Shown here: piece after piece, positions 37,096 through 46,201 of the stretch | How the letters are laid out: each line of letters opens with the position of its first letter | Position numbering within the stretch: position 1 is the first letter of the stretch | Source of the DNA: Clostridiaceae bacterium | GTDB lineage: Bacteria; Bacillota; Clostridia; Saccharofermentanales; Saccharofermentanaceae | Assembly (NCBI GenBank): GCA_012523365.1 | Contig: JAAYIQ010000146.1 | Location: 466-64,465, forward strand | DNA: 64,000 bases | Direction of reading: 5' to 3' | Notes under the pieces: model-generated | Seen by the model: only the letters and a program-made list of their open reading frames with translations | Told to the model about the DNA's origin: nothing | Database searches by the model: none | Made by a program: the position numbers and the translations under genes

Positions 37096-37635
37096 ATGGC
37101 TGGTTTTTTCAAGAAGATCGTAGACAAACTTTCCGGATACCCGGATGATGCCGATTTTGATTACGAGGGTGAGTATGATTATGACGAGGCTGTTGAAGAG
37201 GAGTATGATGCTCCGGTTTCCCAGCAGGCATACCCTCAACAGGAGCAATTTCGGCCCGGTAACATTCCGGATCCGATGATGCATTATACCGCTCCGCAAA
37301 GATCCTCCCCCCAGAAAGTTGTTCCGATCAAAGCGGGAGAACAGCAGTTGGTAATTATGCAACCGAATAACATTCAGTCCGCTCAGCGCGTATGCGATCA
37401 TCTGAGAGCCGGCCACATGGTAATCTGCAACATCGAGAACGTCGATGCAAAGATCGCCCAGCGTGTCATTGACTTTATTTCCGGTTCCACGTATGCTATG
37501 GACGGCAACGTTAAACCGATTGACGCACGGGCTCACAGCTTTGTCGCAGTTCCGAGATCCGTCTCCCTGGTTGACAAGGAGATCGCACCTCAGGATACGG
37601 TCGAATACCCCGAGCAGTACAGAATGGCCCGCTAA
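37096..37635 (+). CDS. sepF: cell division protein SepF
   Basis: Acidic, disordered N-terminal half and a conserved C-terminal core (VVIMQPNNIQSAQRVCDHLRAGHMVICNIENVD...AQRVIDFISGSTYAMDGNV). GGAGG RBS. Follows yggS, as in many Firmicutes. Confidence 0.85.
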   Translation: MAGFFKKIVDKLSGYPDDADFDYEGEYDYDEAVEEEYDAPVSQQAYPQQEQFRPGNIPDPMMHYTAPQRSSPQKVVPIKAGEQQLVIMQPNNIQSAQRVCDHLRAGHMVICNIENVDAKIAQRVIDFISGSTYAMDGNVKPIDARAHSFVAVPRSVSLVDKEIAPQDTVEYPEQYRMAR

Positions 37636-37680
37636 GGTCAAAGGAGACGTATTTTAAGCCCGGAGGGGAGCATTCTTTCT

Positions 37681-38496
37681 ATGGGAATCGTGATTGGTCT
37701 TGATGTTGGCGGAAGCACAACCAAGATTGTCGGTATTCAGGATGGAAGCACCTTCGGACACGAGATTGTTACCGCCACGGATCCCGTTACCTCGGCATTC
37801 GGTGCGCTGGGAAAATTTATCGATATTCACCATCTTCATATTTCGGATATATCAAGACTCATGATCACCGGTGTGGGGGCGTCGTTCCCCACCGGTGATC
37901 TTTTGGGTATTAAGACGATTCGTGTTCAGGAGTTTCTCGCGACCGGTCTCGGAGGACTCCGCCTTTCCGGGCTTGATCATGCCGTTGTTGTCAGCATGGG
38001 AACCGGCACGGCTTTTGTTGAGGCGGACAACTCCCGTGTTCGACACATCATCGGCTCCGGAGTCGGAGGCGGGACGGTGCTCGGGTTATCTGCCAGTCTT
38101 CTGAATGTTCGCGACTTTGATATTCTGACCGAGTTGGCATCCGAGGGGAATCTGGGGAAAATTGATTTATCGATCGAAGACATTTCGAGAATCGAAATCC
38201 CGGGTCTTCCGATGTCGACGACCGCTTCGAATTTCGGAAAAATGTCGGATGACGCGTCCCGCGCGGATATGGCGTTGGGAATCTTTAATTTGGTGTTTCA
38301 ATCGATCGGTACAATGGCCGTCTTGGCAGCCCGTAATGTTAATTTATCAGATGTTGTATTTACCGGACAGATGACAAGAGTCTCGCAATGCGCGGCTTTG
38401 TTCGCCGTTTTCTCCGATCTGTATCGAGTAAATTTCGTTGTGCCCGATAAGTCCGAGTTTGCGACCGCCATCGGCGCGGCAATGTATTCGGAGTGA
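37681..38496 (+). CDS. coaW: type II pantothenate kinase-like (Fumble/ASKHA) protein
   Basis: GLDVGGSTTKIV, SMGTGTAF, GSGVGGGTVLGL and LPMSTTASNFG align by eye with my recollection of S. aureus CoaW blocks (GIDAGGTLIKIV, VGTGTS, GTGGGMIQGL, DLTAANFG). Confidence 0.6.
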   Translation: MGIVIGLDVGGSTTKIVGIQDGSTFGHEIVTATDPVTSAFGALGKFIDIHHLHISDISRLMITGVGASFPTGDLLGIKTIRVQEFLATGLGGLRLSGLDHAVVVSMGTGTAFVEADNSRVRHIIGSGVGGGTVLGLSASLLNVRDFDILTELASEGNLGKIDLSIEDISRIEIPGLPMSTTASNFGKMSDDASRADMALGIFNLVFQSIGTMAVLAARNVNLSDVVFTGQMTRVSQCAALFAVFSDLYRVNFVVPDKSEFATAIGAAMYSE

Positions 38497-39347
38497 TGAT
38501 GGCCGGAAAGAAACGCGCGTTTGAGTTGGATGTAATTCGCGGACTGTCGATATTTATGATGATCCTTCATCATCTGATTTGGGATCTGCAAGGTCTTTTC
38601 GGATATAACTATTTGTTTGGAATCAGTTTAACCACTTTTATGAACGGTGCTTTTTTCAACTATTTTCTTCAGCCGTTTTTCTTGTCTTGTTTTATATTGG
38701 TTTCAGGGATTTGTTGTACCTTTTCGAGAAACAATCTGGCGCGTTCGTTTCGAATGTTGATCGGGTCGATTGTTATATCCGGAGTAATGGCTGCGGTGTC
38801 TTTTGCGCTTTATTATTCGCAAGTCATTTCGGATCTGGAAACCGACGGACTTTTTGTCTTTTTCAACATACTCCACTTGCTGACCGTCGGGACCTTTGTC
38901 TGTTGGCTGATCGAGAAAATAGAAAGACGGGGACAATCTTCGGATCCTGTTCCGATGGACACGCCTACATACTATTCCCCATATGTTAATACTGCGACGG
39001 TTGCCCTGGCCCTCCTGATCTTTGCACTGAGGCCGATCGTGAACATGTATAACGGGAACGTCAATACGTACGCATTTCTGCCTTTTGGAGTATTGCCGAA
39101 GGACGTGATTTCGATGGGCGACTATTTGCCGATCATTCCGGCTCTGGGTATCTTCTTGATCGGTATGACAATCGGACGAATATTCTATGTTCAGAGGCAA
39201 ACCAGATTTCCCGGTGCCCCGAAATGGTTTCGTCGAATCGTCCTTCCGTTTGAATTCATCGGACAACATTCCCTGATCGTTTACCTCGTTCATCAGCCGA
39301 TCATTCTTGCAATCCTTTTCTTCGGAAGGTATGCTCAAATATGGTAA
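38493..39347 (+). CDS. DUF1624-like (heparan-alpha-glucosaminide N-acetyltransferase-like) polytopic membrane protein
   Basis: N-terminal RAFELDVIRGLSIFMMILHHLIWDL motif and about 9 TM. ATGA overlap with the kinase-like gene. Confidence 0.55.
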   Translation: MMMAGKKRAFELDVIRGLSIFMMILHHLIWDLQGLFGYNYLFGISLTTFMNGAFFNYFLQPFFLSCFILVSGICCTFSRNNLARSFRMLIGSIVISGVMAAVSFALYYSQVISDLETDGLFVFFNILHLLTVGTFVCWLIEKIERRGQSSDPVPMDTPTYYSPYVNTATVALALLIFALRPIVNMYNGNVNTYAFLPFGVLPKDVISMGDYLPIIPALGIFLIGMTIGRIFYVQRQTRFPGAPKWFRRIVLPFEFIGQHSLIVYLVHQPIILAILFFGRYAQIW

Positions 39348-39365
39348 ACGTTCGTTCGGATAGAC

Positions 39366-40538
39366 TTGGTATTTCCGGATGCACCGGCTGTATTTTGTAT
39401 TTGCGAGGAAATTTCTTTGAAAAAGATTGATCAATGGATTAAAAAAGCTCTTCCGCTTGTCGGCTTGATATTGGCGACGACTGCTATTCTGATGCTTCCC
39501 GGCATACTGTCCCGATACCCTGCGTCGGCAGAGCATTACGCGACGGAAATATTTCCGGTTATTTCGCGACCGGTCGTCTATTTATCGTCCTTGGCACCGA
39601 TTTCGCTGACCGAGATATTCATTGTTTTCTCGGTGCTCTCTTCGCCTTTGCTGATTATCTGGTACATTTATCACGCAGTTCGAAGCCATAAGAGAAAGCA
39701 ATTCTTTTACCGCTCCGCGATTGTATCCTGCATGGTAATCTTTTTGATATCACTCTCGTTTACGCTGATGCACGGCATACAATACGCCAGACGCCCCTTG
39801 CATGAAACGCTGGGCATCGTTCCCGCGGAAAGAAGCCCCGAAGAATTGGCAGAGGTGATGAACTGGCTGGCGGAGGGTGTCGTCGCGAATCGTACGATCC
39901 TTCCCGAAAACGAAAGGGGCGGCATGCTCCCGATCAACGGATTGAAGGAATTACTGAGGGAGGGGAGCAATGCGATGGATCTCGCTTCTTCCGAATTTCC
40001 GGTTCTGTCGGGGAACGGTGTGCGAGTAAAGCCGGTGGCGCTGTCGCACTACTGGTCCTATACGGGGATCGTCGGTATGTATTTTCCCTTCTTCGGAGAA
40101 GCGAATGCAAACGTAGACGTTCCGGCACACACGATACCCATGACGATATGCCATGAGATCAGTCATGTCCGCGGGATCGCACGCGAGCAGGACGCCAACC
40201 TTGCGGGGTTTCTTGCTTGCGTGGCCAGCGACCGGCCCGATTTTCGATACAGCGGATACATGTTTGCGCTCGGTTATATATCGAGCGATTTGGCAGTCGT
40301 CGATCCTGATGAATACGCACGGATCGCCCGATCGATTCCGGAATCCGCATACCGTGATTTGAATCTGTCTTATGAATATTGGGAGCAGTTTGAAGGGCCG
40401 GTCGAAGAGATATCGACGGAGGTTAACGATGCCTATCTCAAATCGAACCTTCAACCGGAAGGGGTTCACAGTTATTCACTGGTCAGTCGACTGATTATCG
40501 ATTATTATTTTTCGCATATCAAAGGAGATCCGGATTGA
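39366..40538 (+). CDS. membrane-anchored putative zinc metallopeptidase-like protein (HEISH motif; DUF3810-like)
   Basis: Three N-terminal TM helices, then a soluble domain with ICHEISHVRGIAREQDANLAGFLAC. Start codon uncertain. Confidence 0.5.
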   Translation: MVFPDAPAVFCICEEISLKKIDQWIKKALPLVGLILATTAILMLPGILSRYPASAEHYATEIFPVISRPVVYLSSLAPISLTEIFIVFSVLSSPLLIIWYIYHAVRSHKRKQFFYRSAIVSCMVIFLISLSFTLMHGIQYARRPLHETLGIVPAERSPEELAEVMNWLAEGVVANRTILPENERGGMLPINGLKELLREGSNAMDLASSEFPVLSGNGVRVKPVALSHYWSYTGIVGMYFPFFGEANANVDVPAHTIPMTICHEISHVRGIAREQDANLAGFLACVASDRPDFRYSGYMFALGYISSDLAVVDPDEYARIARSIPESAYRDLNLSYEYWEQFEGPVEEISTEVNDAYLKSNLQPEGVHSYSLVSRLIIDYYFSHIKGDPD

Positions 40539-41932
40539 TAACTGTCTTGACCGACGGACACAAAAGCCTTTTCCCGGCAGCTGAAATTTGCAGGCTGTTT
40601 CTCGGGTCGTCGGTGCGTTGTGACGGAACGTGTATTATGGCTGAGTATCCGGAAGAGATCGTGATTGAGAGCACGGTGAATCCACTTGGCGGTGTTTATA
40701 CGACTGTGACCGGGACGGAGATTTTTGAGGAGCCGGACTCTCGGTATCCGCTTTCTCCGAACCGGGAGGTGAAAAGACAACTTTATCGCATCTTCTCGAA
40801 AATTACCGACAAGGCCTTTCCCTGGGGCTCGCTGACCGGAATTCGTCCGACCATCGTCGCGCGGGAGGCTGGCGAGTCAGGCCTGGAGAGCCTCTATGAC
40901 GTTCGACGGGACAAGGCGGGCTTGGCGGTCGATACGGCGCGTGCGGAGGACCGGATCCTTTCAGGGACCGTCGATGACGATCTGTTTGTGTACATCGGAA
41001 TCCCCTTTTGCCCGGGTCGTTGCTCTTATTGTTCCTTTATCACGCAGGAAAGCAGGGCGAGCGCGGAGCTTCTTTCGGAATACGCGGAAGCGGTACTTAG
41101 GGAGATCACCGGATTGGCAGGGGTCGTTCGCAACGTTCGTTCCGTATATTTCGGAGGAGGAACACCAACCGTCATGGATAACGGACTTCTGCGAAATTTT
41201 GTAAATGGTGTATTGAACCGGATTTGCCCGGAGCGTGATGCCGAGATTACGGTGGAGGCCGGCCGCGCGGATACTTTGGATGAAGAGAAGCTGGAGGGGT
41301 TGGTTTCCGCCGGGGTACAAAGAATTTGCGTAAATCCGCAAACGCTCCGTGACAGGACTCTTCTTGAAATCGGCAGACATCATACGAGCGATCAATTCTT
41401 CCGTGCATATGAGGCGGCTCGAAAAGCCGGGTTTTCGAGCATGAATACCGACTTGATCGCGGGATTACCCGGTGAAAACATCGATGATTTCCGATTCTCG
41501 ATGGATCGAATCCTGTCTTTGTCGCCCGAAAATATCACCGTACACGCGCTCAGCAAGAAGCGGAGCGCTTTGATGGATCGTGGGGCGGTGACCGAGGACG
41601 CCCAAAGGGGACGGATCGCCGATGAGATGATCCGCTATGCTCAAGCCGGCCTTTTCCGGGAAGGCTATCGTCCGTACTACCTTTACAAACAAAAGGATAC
41701 GGTAGGGGGTCTTGAAAATACGGGCTTCTCGAAGCCGAAGCATGAATGTGTTTATAATGTTGGCATGATGAGTGACCGAAGAAGCGTACTGTCATTCGGG
41801 GCCGGAGGAGTCAGCAAGAGACTTTTTCCTGACGGAAGCCTGCGACGATTCGATTGCGTGAGGAATCCAAAGGAGTACATTGTTCGCACAGATGGGATCA
41901 TCGAAGGAAAAATGCGGTTTTTTGGAGTATAA
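40535..41932 (+). CDS. hemZ: radical SAM HemN/HemZ-like (oxygen-independent coproporphyrinogen oxidase family) protein
   Basis: CxxxCxxC cluster GIPFCPGRCSYCSF after a roughly 150-aa N-terminal domain, then GGGTP and HemN_C-like regions. Confidence 0.65.
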   Translation: MITVLTDGHKSLFPAAEICRLFLGSSVRCDGTCIMAEYPEEIVIESTVNPLGGVYTTVTGTEIFEEPDSRYPLSPNREVKRQLYRIFSKITDKAFPWGSLTGIRPTIVAREAGESGLESLYDVRRDKAGLAVDTARAEDRILSGTVDDDLFVYIGIPFCPGRCSYCSFITQESRASAELLSEYAEAVLREITGLAGVVRNVRSVYFGGGTPTVMDNGLLRNFVNGVLNRICPERDAEITVEAGRADTLDEEKLEGLVSAGVQRICVNPQTLRDRTLLEIGRHHTSDQFFRAYEAARKAGFSSMNTDLIAGLPGENIDDFRFSMDRILSLSPENITVHALSKKRSALMDRGAVTEDAQRGRIADEMIRYAQAGLFREGYRPYYLYKQKDTVGGLENTGFSKPKHECVYNVGMMSDRRSVLSFGAGGVSKRLFPDGSLRRFDCVRNPKEYIVRTDGIIEGKMRFFGV

Positions 41933-41981
41933 TTGAATCGAAAAGTCACCCGGATATTGATTAAAAGGAGCTCGACAGTCG

Positions 41982-42227
41982 ATGAAGTGCCCGAAATGTA
42001 AAACCGAGAACGGATCAAGATCCGTGTGCCTGAAATGCGGTTTGTTTCTTTACAAGCCGGAGTACAGGAATGGTCCCAAACTGAGTGAAAAGGAATTACG
42101 ACAACGGGATCGCGAGACCGTCTGGCGGGTGTTCAAGAAAGTTTTCCGCTTTATCTCCGTCGTTGTGTCTGCCTTTGTCATCGCCTTTTTGATATATGTT
42201 CTGTTGAAAACGCTTTTTGGTATTTAA
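41982..42227 (+). CDS. small zinc-ribbon protein with C-terminal TM helix
   Basis: MKCPKCK...CLKCG ribbon, a basic linker, then the hydrophobic tail FISVVVSAFVIAFLIYVLL. Confidence 0.55.
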   Translation: MKCPKCKTENGSRSVCLKCGLFLYKPEYRNGPKLSEKELRQRDRETVWRVFKKVFRFISVVVSAFVIAFLIYVLLKTLFGI

Positions 42228-42260
42228 GATATTGATTCGCTGTCACTCGATCCTTCAGGA

Positions 42261-42289
42261 TTGTATTCGAACCGTCAATTGAGTATAAT
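42261..42289 (+). promoter_or_regulatory. candidate promoter for tRNA-Pro (TTGTAT-17 nt-TATAAT)
   Basis: Read directly. The -10 box ends 26 nt before the tRNA 5-prime end. Confidence 0.55.
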
Positions 42290-42315
42290 CGAGTCTGTTG
42301 CGGTTTTCTTTGAAC

Positions 42316-42391
42316 CGAGGTGTAGCGCAGTTGGTAGCGCGCCTGCTTTGGGAGCAGGATGTCGGGAGTTCGAGTCTCTTCACCTCGACCA
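42316..42391 (+). tRNA. tRNA-Pro, anticodon UGG, encoded CCA
   Basis: Manual cloverleaf. Acceptor cgaggtg/cacctcg. D arm gcgc-agttggta-gcgc. Anticodon arm cctgc-ttTGGga-gcagg. T arm gggag-ttcgagt-ctctt with two G-U pairs. Confidence 0.88.
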
Positions 42392-42435
42392 ATTATCAGT
42401 GAGCGCACGGACTTATATGTTTTAGGGGAGAACAC

Positions 42436-43482
42436 ATGTGGTTTAGCTTGATCGTTATCGTGGTCCTGATGCTCGCCGTGATATTCGTTAACGGATGGAC
42501 CGACGCGCCCAACGCGATCGCCACGGCGGTATCTACGCGCGTTATTACGCCGGCCGCCGCGGTCAAGATGGCGGTCGTCATGAATTTCCTCGGCGTTTTG
42601 ATCATGACTGTACTCTCCCCAAAGGTCGCCGATACATTAAGTAAGATGATCGTGATCAATCCGGGACAGGAGAAGGATGCATTGGTCGTTCTTGCCGCCG
42701 CGATGTTCTCGATCGTTATCTGGGCAACGGCTGCGTGGTATTTCGGGATCCCGACCAGTGAGAGCCACGCGTTGATCGCGGGCGTTACCGGTGCGGCCAT
42801 CGGTTTGGCGGGCGGATTTGACCAGGTCAGCAAGGAACAGTGGATGCTCGTCCTGATCGGACTTTTGATCTCGTCCGTTTTGGGATTCATTTCGGGCTGG
42901 ATCAGTGTCAAGGGCATCGAGATTGCCTTTCGAAAAGTGAAGCGCAGGACCGCGGATAAGGTGTTTCACTTCGGAGAAATGGCGGCCGCGGCGATGATGG
43001 CTTTTCTTCACGGCGCTCAGGACGGCCAGAAATTCATCGGTATTTTTCTTCTCAGCATTTATTACTTTAGAATTGCGGAGCCGAGCTCTCCTTTTATCGT
43101 AGAAAGAATGGCGGATGGTTCTTTTGGTGTGCCTTGGTACCTGATTGTCATATGTTCGGTCGTGATGGGCCTCGGCACCTCCGTCGGCGGCTACCGCATC
43201 ATTAAGGCGGTCGGAATGGATATGGTCAAACTTCAGAAGTACCAGGGCTTTGCCTCGGACATGGCGGCTTCATTTTGTCTTCTGCTTTCAACACTGACCG
43301 GAGTGCCGGTCAGCACAACACACACGAAGACGACGGCGATCATGGGCGTCGGCGCTTCGAAGCGATTAAGCGCAGTCAATTGGTTAGTTGCGAGAGATAT
43401 GATCCTGGCGTGGGTCCTGACGTTTCCCGGTTGCGGATTGATTTCTTTCCTGATGGCTAAGTTGTTCCTGAAATTGTTCTAA
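42436..43482 (+). CDS. pit: inorganic phosphate transporter, PiT family
   Basis: VNGWTDAPNAIATAV and GVPVSTTHTKTTAIMGVG signature repeats. 348 aa and about 10 TM. Confidence 0.88.
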   Translation: MWFSLIVIVVLMLAVIFVNGWTDAPNAIATAVSTRVITPAAAVKMAVVMNFLGVLIMTVLSPKVADTLSKMIVINPGQEKDALVVLAAAMFSIVIWATAAWYFGIPTSESHALIAGVTGAAIGLAGGFDQVSKEQWMLVLIGLLISSVLGFISGWISVKGIEIAFRKVKRRTADKVFHFGEMAAAAMMAFLHGAQDGQKFIGIFLLSIYYFRIAEPSSPFIVERMADGSFGVPWYLIVICSVVMGLGTSVGGYRIIKAVGMDMVKLQKYQGFASDMAASFCLLLSTLTGVPVSTTHTKTTAIMGVGASKRLSAVNWLVARDMILAWVLTFPGCGLISFLMAKLFLKLF

Positions 43483-43510
43483 ACGTCGGCACAAAAGAGA
43501 GGTAAGGAAA

Positions 43511-44128
43511 ATGAGAAGGAGTAAGGAAGCGGATTATTTCGATTTGTTTATCAAGGCGGCGTCTATTTGCAACCGCGCGGCGGAGGGGTTGGATGAGCTT
43601 CTGGATGATCTTTCAGACTCTCACTTGAAATCGAATGCGATCCATGAGATCGAGCACGAAGGAGACCGGCTCTATCACGAAGTCTACTTCCATTTGAATC
43701 GATCCTTTATTACGCCGATCGAACGGGAGGATATTATGGAGATCTCCCGCTCCATCGAAGAAACGATCGACTCAATCGACGATGTCGCAATTATGCTCGA
43801 CATGATGTCGATCGAATCCGCCAAGAAGCGCGGCAAGGGTATGTGTAACCTGATCACCAAGGCGTGTTCGGCCCTTGTCACGGCCGCGGTCGAATTCAAG
43901 AATTTCAAGAAATCTAAGGAGCTCTCTCCGATCCTGGTTCAAATCAATAACATAGAAGAAGAGGGAGACGCGCTGTTTCAGTCATCAATGAAGGAACTTT
44001 TCAATAAGGAGAAGGATGTCCTCGACATTATTAAGTGGCAGGAAATTTATAAGTCGATGGAGAATGTTCTGGATTCCTGCGAAGCCGCCGCGGATGCTAT
44101 GGAGCGGGTAATAATAAAGAATTGCTAG
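43511..44128 (+). CDS. DUF47 (PhoU-like) phosphate transport regulator
   Basis: About 205 aa, helical. EHEGDRLYHEV and EEEGDALFQ pseudo-repeats typical of the DUF47/PhoU fold. Adjacent to pit. Confidence 0.8.
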   Translation: MRRSKEADYFDLFIKAASICNRAAEGLDELLDDLSDSHLKSNAIHEIEHEGDRLYHEVYFHLNRSFITPIEREDIMEISRSIEETIDSIDDVAIMLDMMSIESAKKRGKGMCNLITKACSALVTAAVEFKNFKKSKELSPILVQINNIEEEGDALFQSSMKELFNKEKDVLDIIKWQEIYKSMENVLDSCEAAADAMERVIIKNC

Positions 44129-44154
44129 TGATCCGGATCCGGAAAAGTCCATGA

Positions 44155-44178
44155 AAAAGCAGCCGAACGGCTGCTTTT
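44155..44178. terminator. bidirectional rho-independent terminator between convergent genes
   Basis: aaaagcagcc-gaac-ggctgctttt. A-run on one side and T-run on the other. Confidence 0.75.
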
Positions 44179-44201
44179 GCTTCGGTAAACGGTGGACAAG
44201 A

Positions 44202-44936
44202 TTATTTCCCGGTATTTTTCATTTCCTTGCGAATAACGCGAAAATCCCGAAGAGCCTGAAGTCCGATTTTGAAAATTCGCTTCATATTGATCGAATTCTT
44301 TCCGCCCTGACGCGGACGAAAGGTAATCGGGCGATAGAGGACATTCTCACCGGCATCCGCCATTAGAACGGATAAGAGGACATTCGTAAGGTTATATCCC
44401 TCCGGTACGCGCGGCAGATATTTCTCGAGCGTTTGACGGTTCATCAGGCGGAAAGGGGTGTTGGCGTCCGGAATATTGTTCTTAAAAATCACCAAGACAA
44501 CCAGTTTCAGAACTTTGGTCACAAATTTCCTCGAAAATCCGTCCTGCCGATGGTTTCGATGACCGATGATTGCGGAGTATGACTCCCTGAGCTGCCAGAA
44601 TGTCGCAAATTCCTTCGGAAGTGTTTGGCCGTCGCTGTCGGTTTGGAATATATATCCGGCACCGTTCCGGAGGGCATACTCATATGCCGTACGGAGCGTT
44701 GCTCCATGTCCGGAATTATCCTTGTTGATCGCGATCAGATTCGGAAGAGAAGCCTCCAACTCCTTAAGTTTTGTCGCGGTCCCGTCCTTGCTTCCGTCAT
44801 TAAAAATCACAAGTCGGGAATCGGTTCCGAATTCTGTCGCTACCTGATGCCATTCTTTGGCGACCGTTTCAATGTTGGCTTCTTCGTTATAAGCCGGCAT
44901 TACGATATAGAGTAAATCGTTTGCAGCGTCTTTCAT
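44202..44936 (-). CDS. family 2 glycosyltransferase (soluble, 244 aa)
   Basis: IVMPAYNEEANI...FNDGSKDGT...QTDSDGQ (DxD-like) GT-A motifs. The start abuts the glf stop. Confidence 0.8.
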   Translation of the reverse strand: MKDAANDLLYIVMPAYNEEANIETVAKEWHQVATEFGTDSRLVIFNDGSKDGTATKLKELEASLPNLIAINKDNSGHGATLRTAYEYALRNGAGYIFQTDSDGQTLPKEFATFWQLRESYSAIIGHRNHRQDGFSRKFVTKVLKLVVLVIFKNNIPDANTPFRLMNRQTLEKYLPRVPEGYNLTNVLLSVLMADAGENVLYRPITFRPRQGGKNSINMKRIFKIGLQALRDFRVIRKEMKNTGK

Positions 44937-46115
44937 TCAGCCCTCCTGTTCGTATCTCGGGGTTTCCTTGATGCGTGTTGATACCGTAAGTGCCCGGTCA
45001 ATGACGGCATCCATATTGTAATACTTATATTCTGCTAATCTGCCGCAAAGAAACAGGTCCTCGTATTTTTCGCAGAGTGCCAGATAATCCTGATAGAGTT
45101 TCTTGTTGCGGTCGGATTGAATCGGGTAGAAGGGTATGAGTCGTCCGCCGGGCTGATAATCCATAGGATACTCCTTCATGATCGTTGTCGCACACGGCAA
45201 ATCCTGAAGCGTCATATGCTTGAATTCCGTAATTCGAGTGAAGGCTTCATCGTTCGGGTAATTGACCACAGATGCGGGTTGATAGAGATCAACGGGATGG
45301 TCTTCCATGTGCAATTCCAAACTGCGATAGGGAAGTGATCCCAACACATAATCAAAAAGCTCGTCAACAGACCCCGTGTAACATACCGGTCCTTGAAAAG
45401 GAACACCGTCTAAGAGTATTTTCCCGGAAGAAACATGAGGACGGATTCTGTTCAGCGCATCCGAATTCAAGTGCGCGTGAATATTGGGGTGCCTAAGCAT
45501 ATTATCGAAAAGCTCCGTATATCCCATAAGAGGCATCATTTGAATGGCGTCGTGAAAGTACCGATCGTCTTCTCCGATGACGACCGGTACGCGGCGAAGA
45601 ACAGCAGGATCCAATTCTTCGACAGGCGTTCCCCATTGCTTGGCAGTGTAATTTTTGAATACTTTGTCAAAAACAAAGCCGCCCAGCCCGGCAATTTCAG
45701 GATCCGAATGACGTAAAAGATCCGAGACGGGAACCCGGCTGTCCTGTGGATACTCACTTAAGAGTTTGCGTTTCAGGCTTTCCGCCTTCGACGGAGAGAA
45801 GTGCTTGTCGATTGAAGTGAAGTTGTAAGGGATCGGAACAAGGACTCCGTCGATCATGCCCAGTACGCGATGCGAATAGGGATAAAAAGACGAGAAAGAA
45901 CTGACATAGTTAAAAACATGCTTCAGGTCGGTGTGGAAAATATGCGGTCCGTACATGTGAACGCGAACTCCGTTCGATCGTTCGTATTCAAACATATTTC
46001 CGGCGATATTCGGCCTTTTCTCAAACGCGGTAACGGTAAATCCCGCATCCGCCAACGACCTCGCTACGACCGCCCCCGCAAACCCCAGGCCAACGACAAG
46101 TGCTTGTTTATTCAT
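44937..46115 (-). CDS. glf: UDP-galactopyranose mutase
   Basis: FAD-binding VVGLGFAGAV N-terminus, YTAKQWG block and C-terminal GRLAEYKYYNMD motif. Confidence 0.88.
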   Translation of the reverse strand: MNKQALVVGLGFAGAVVARSLADAGFTVTAFEKRPNIAGNMFEYERSNGVRVHMYGPHIFHTDLKHVFNYVSSFSSFYPYSHRVLGMIDGVLVPIPYNFTSIDKHFSPSKAESLKRKLLSEYPQDSRVPVSDLLRHSDPEIAGLGGFVFDKVFKNYTAKQWGTPVEELDPAVLRRVPVVIGEDDRYFHDAIQMMPLMGYTELFDNMLRHPNIHAHLNSDALNRIRPHVSSGKILLDGVPFQGPVCYTGSVDELFDYVLGSLPYRSLELHMEDHPVDLYQPASVVNYPNDEAFTRITEFKHMTLQDLPCATTIMKEYPMDYQPGGRLIPFYPIQSDRNKKLYQDYLALCEKYEDLFLCGRLAEYKYYNMDAVIDRALTVSTRIKETPRYEQEG

Positions 46116-46201
46116 ACTGTTCTCCTAAGGTAAATATTTAATTAATTATACAGTTAACAAAATCATTTGTAAAAGCAAAAAGCATGTAACCGCGACTTCG
46201 T

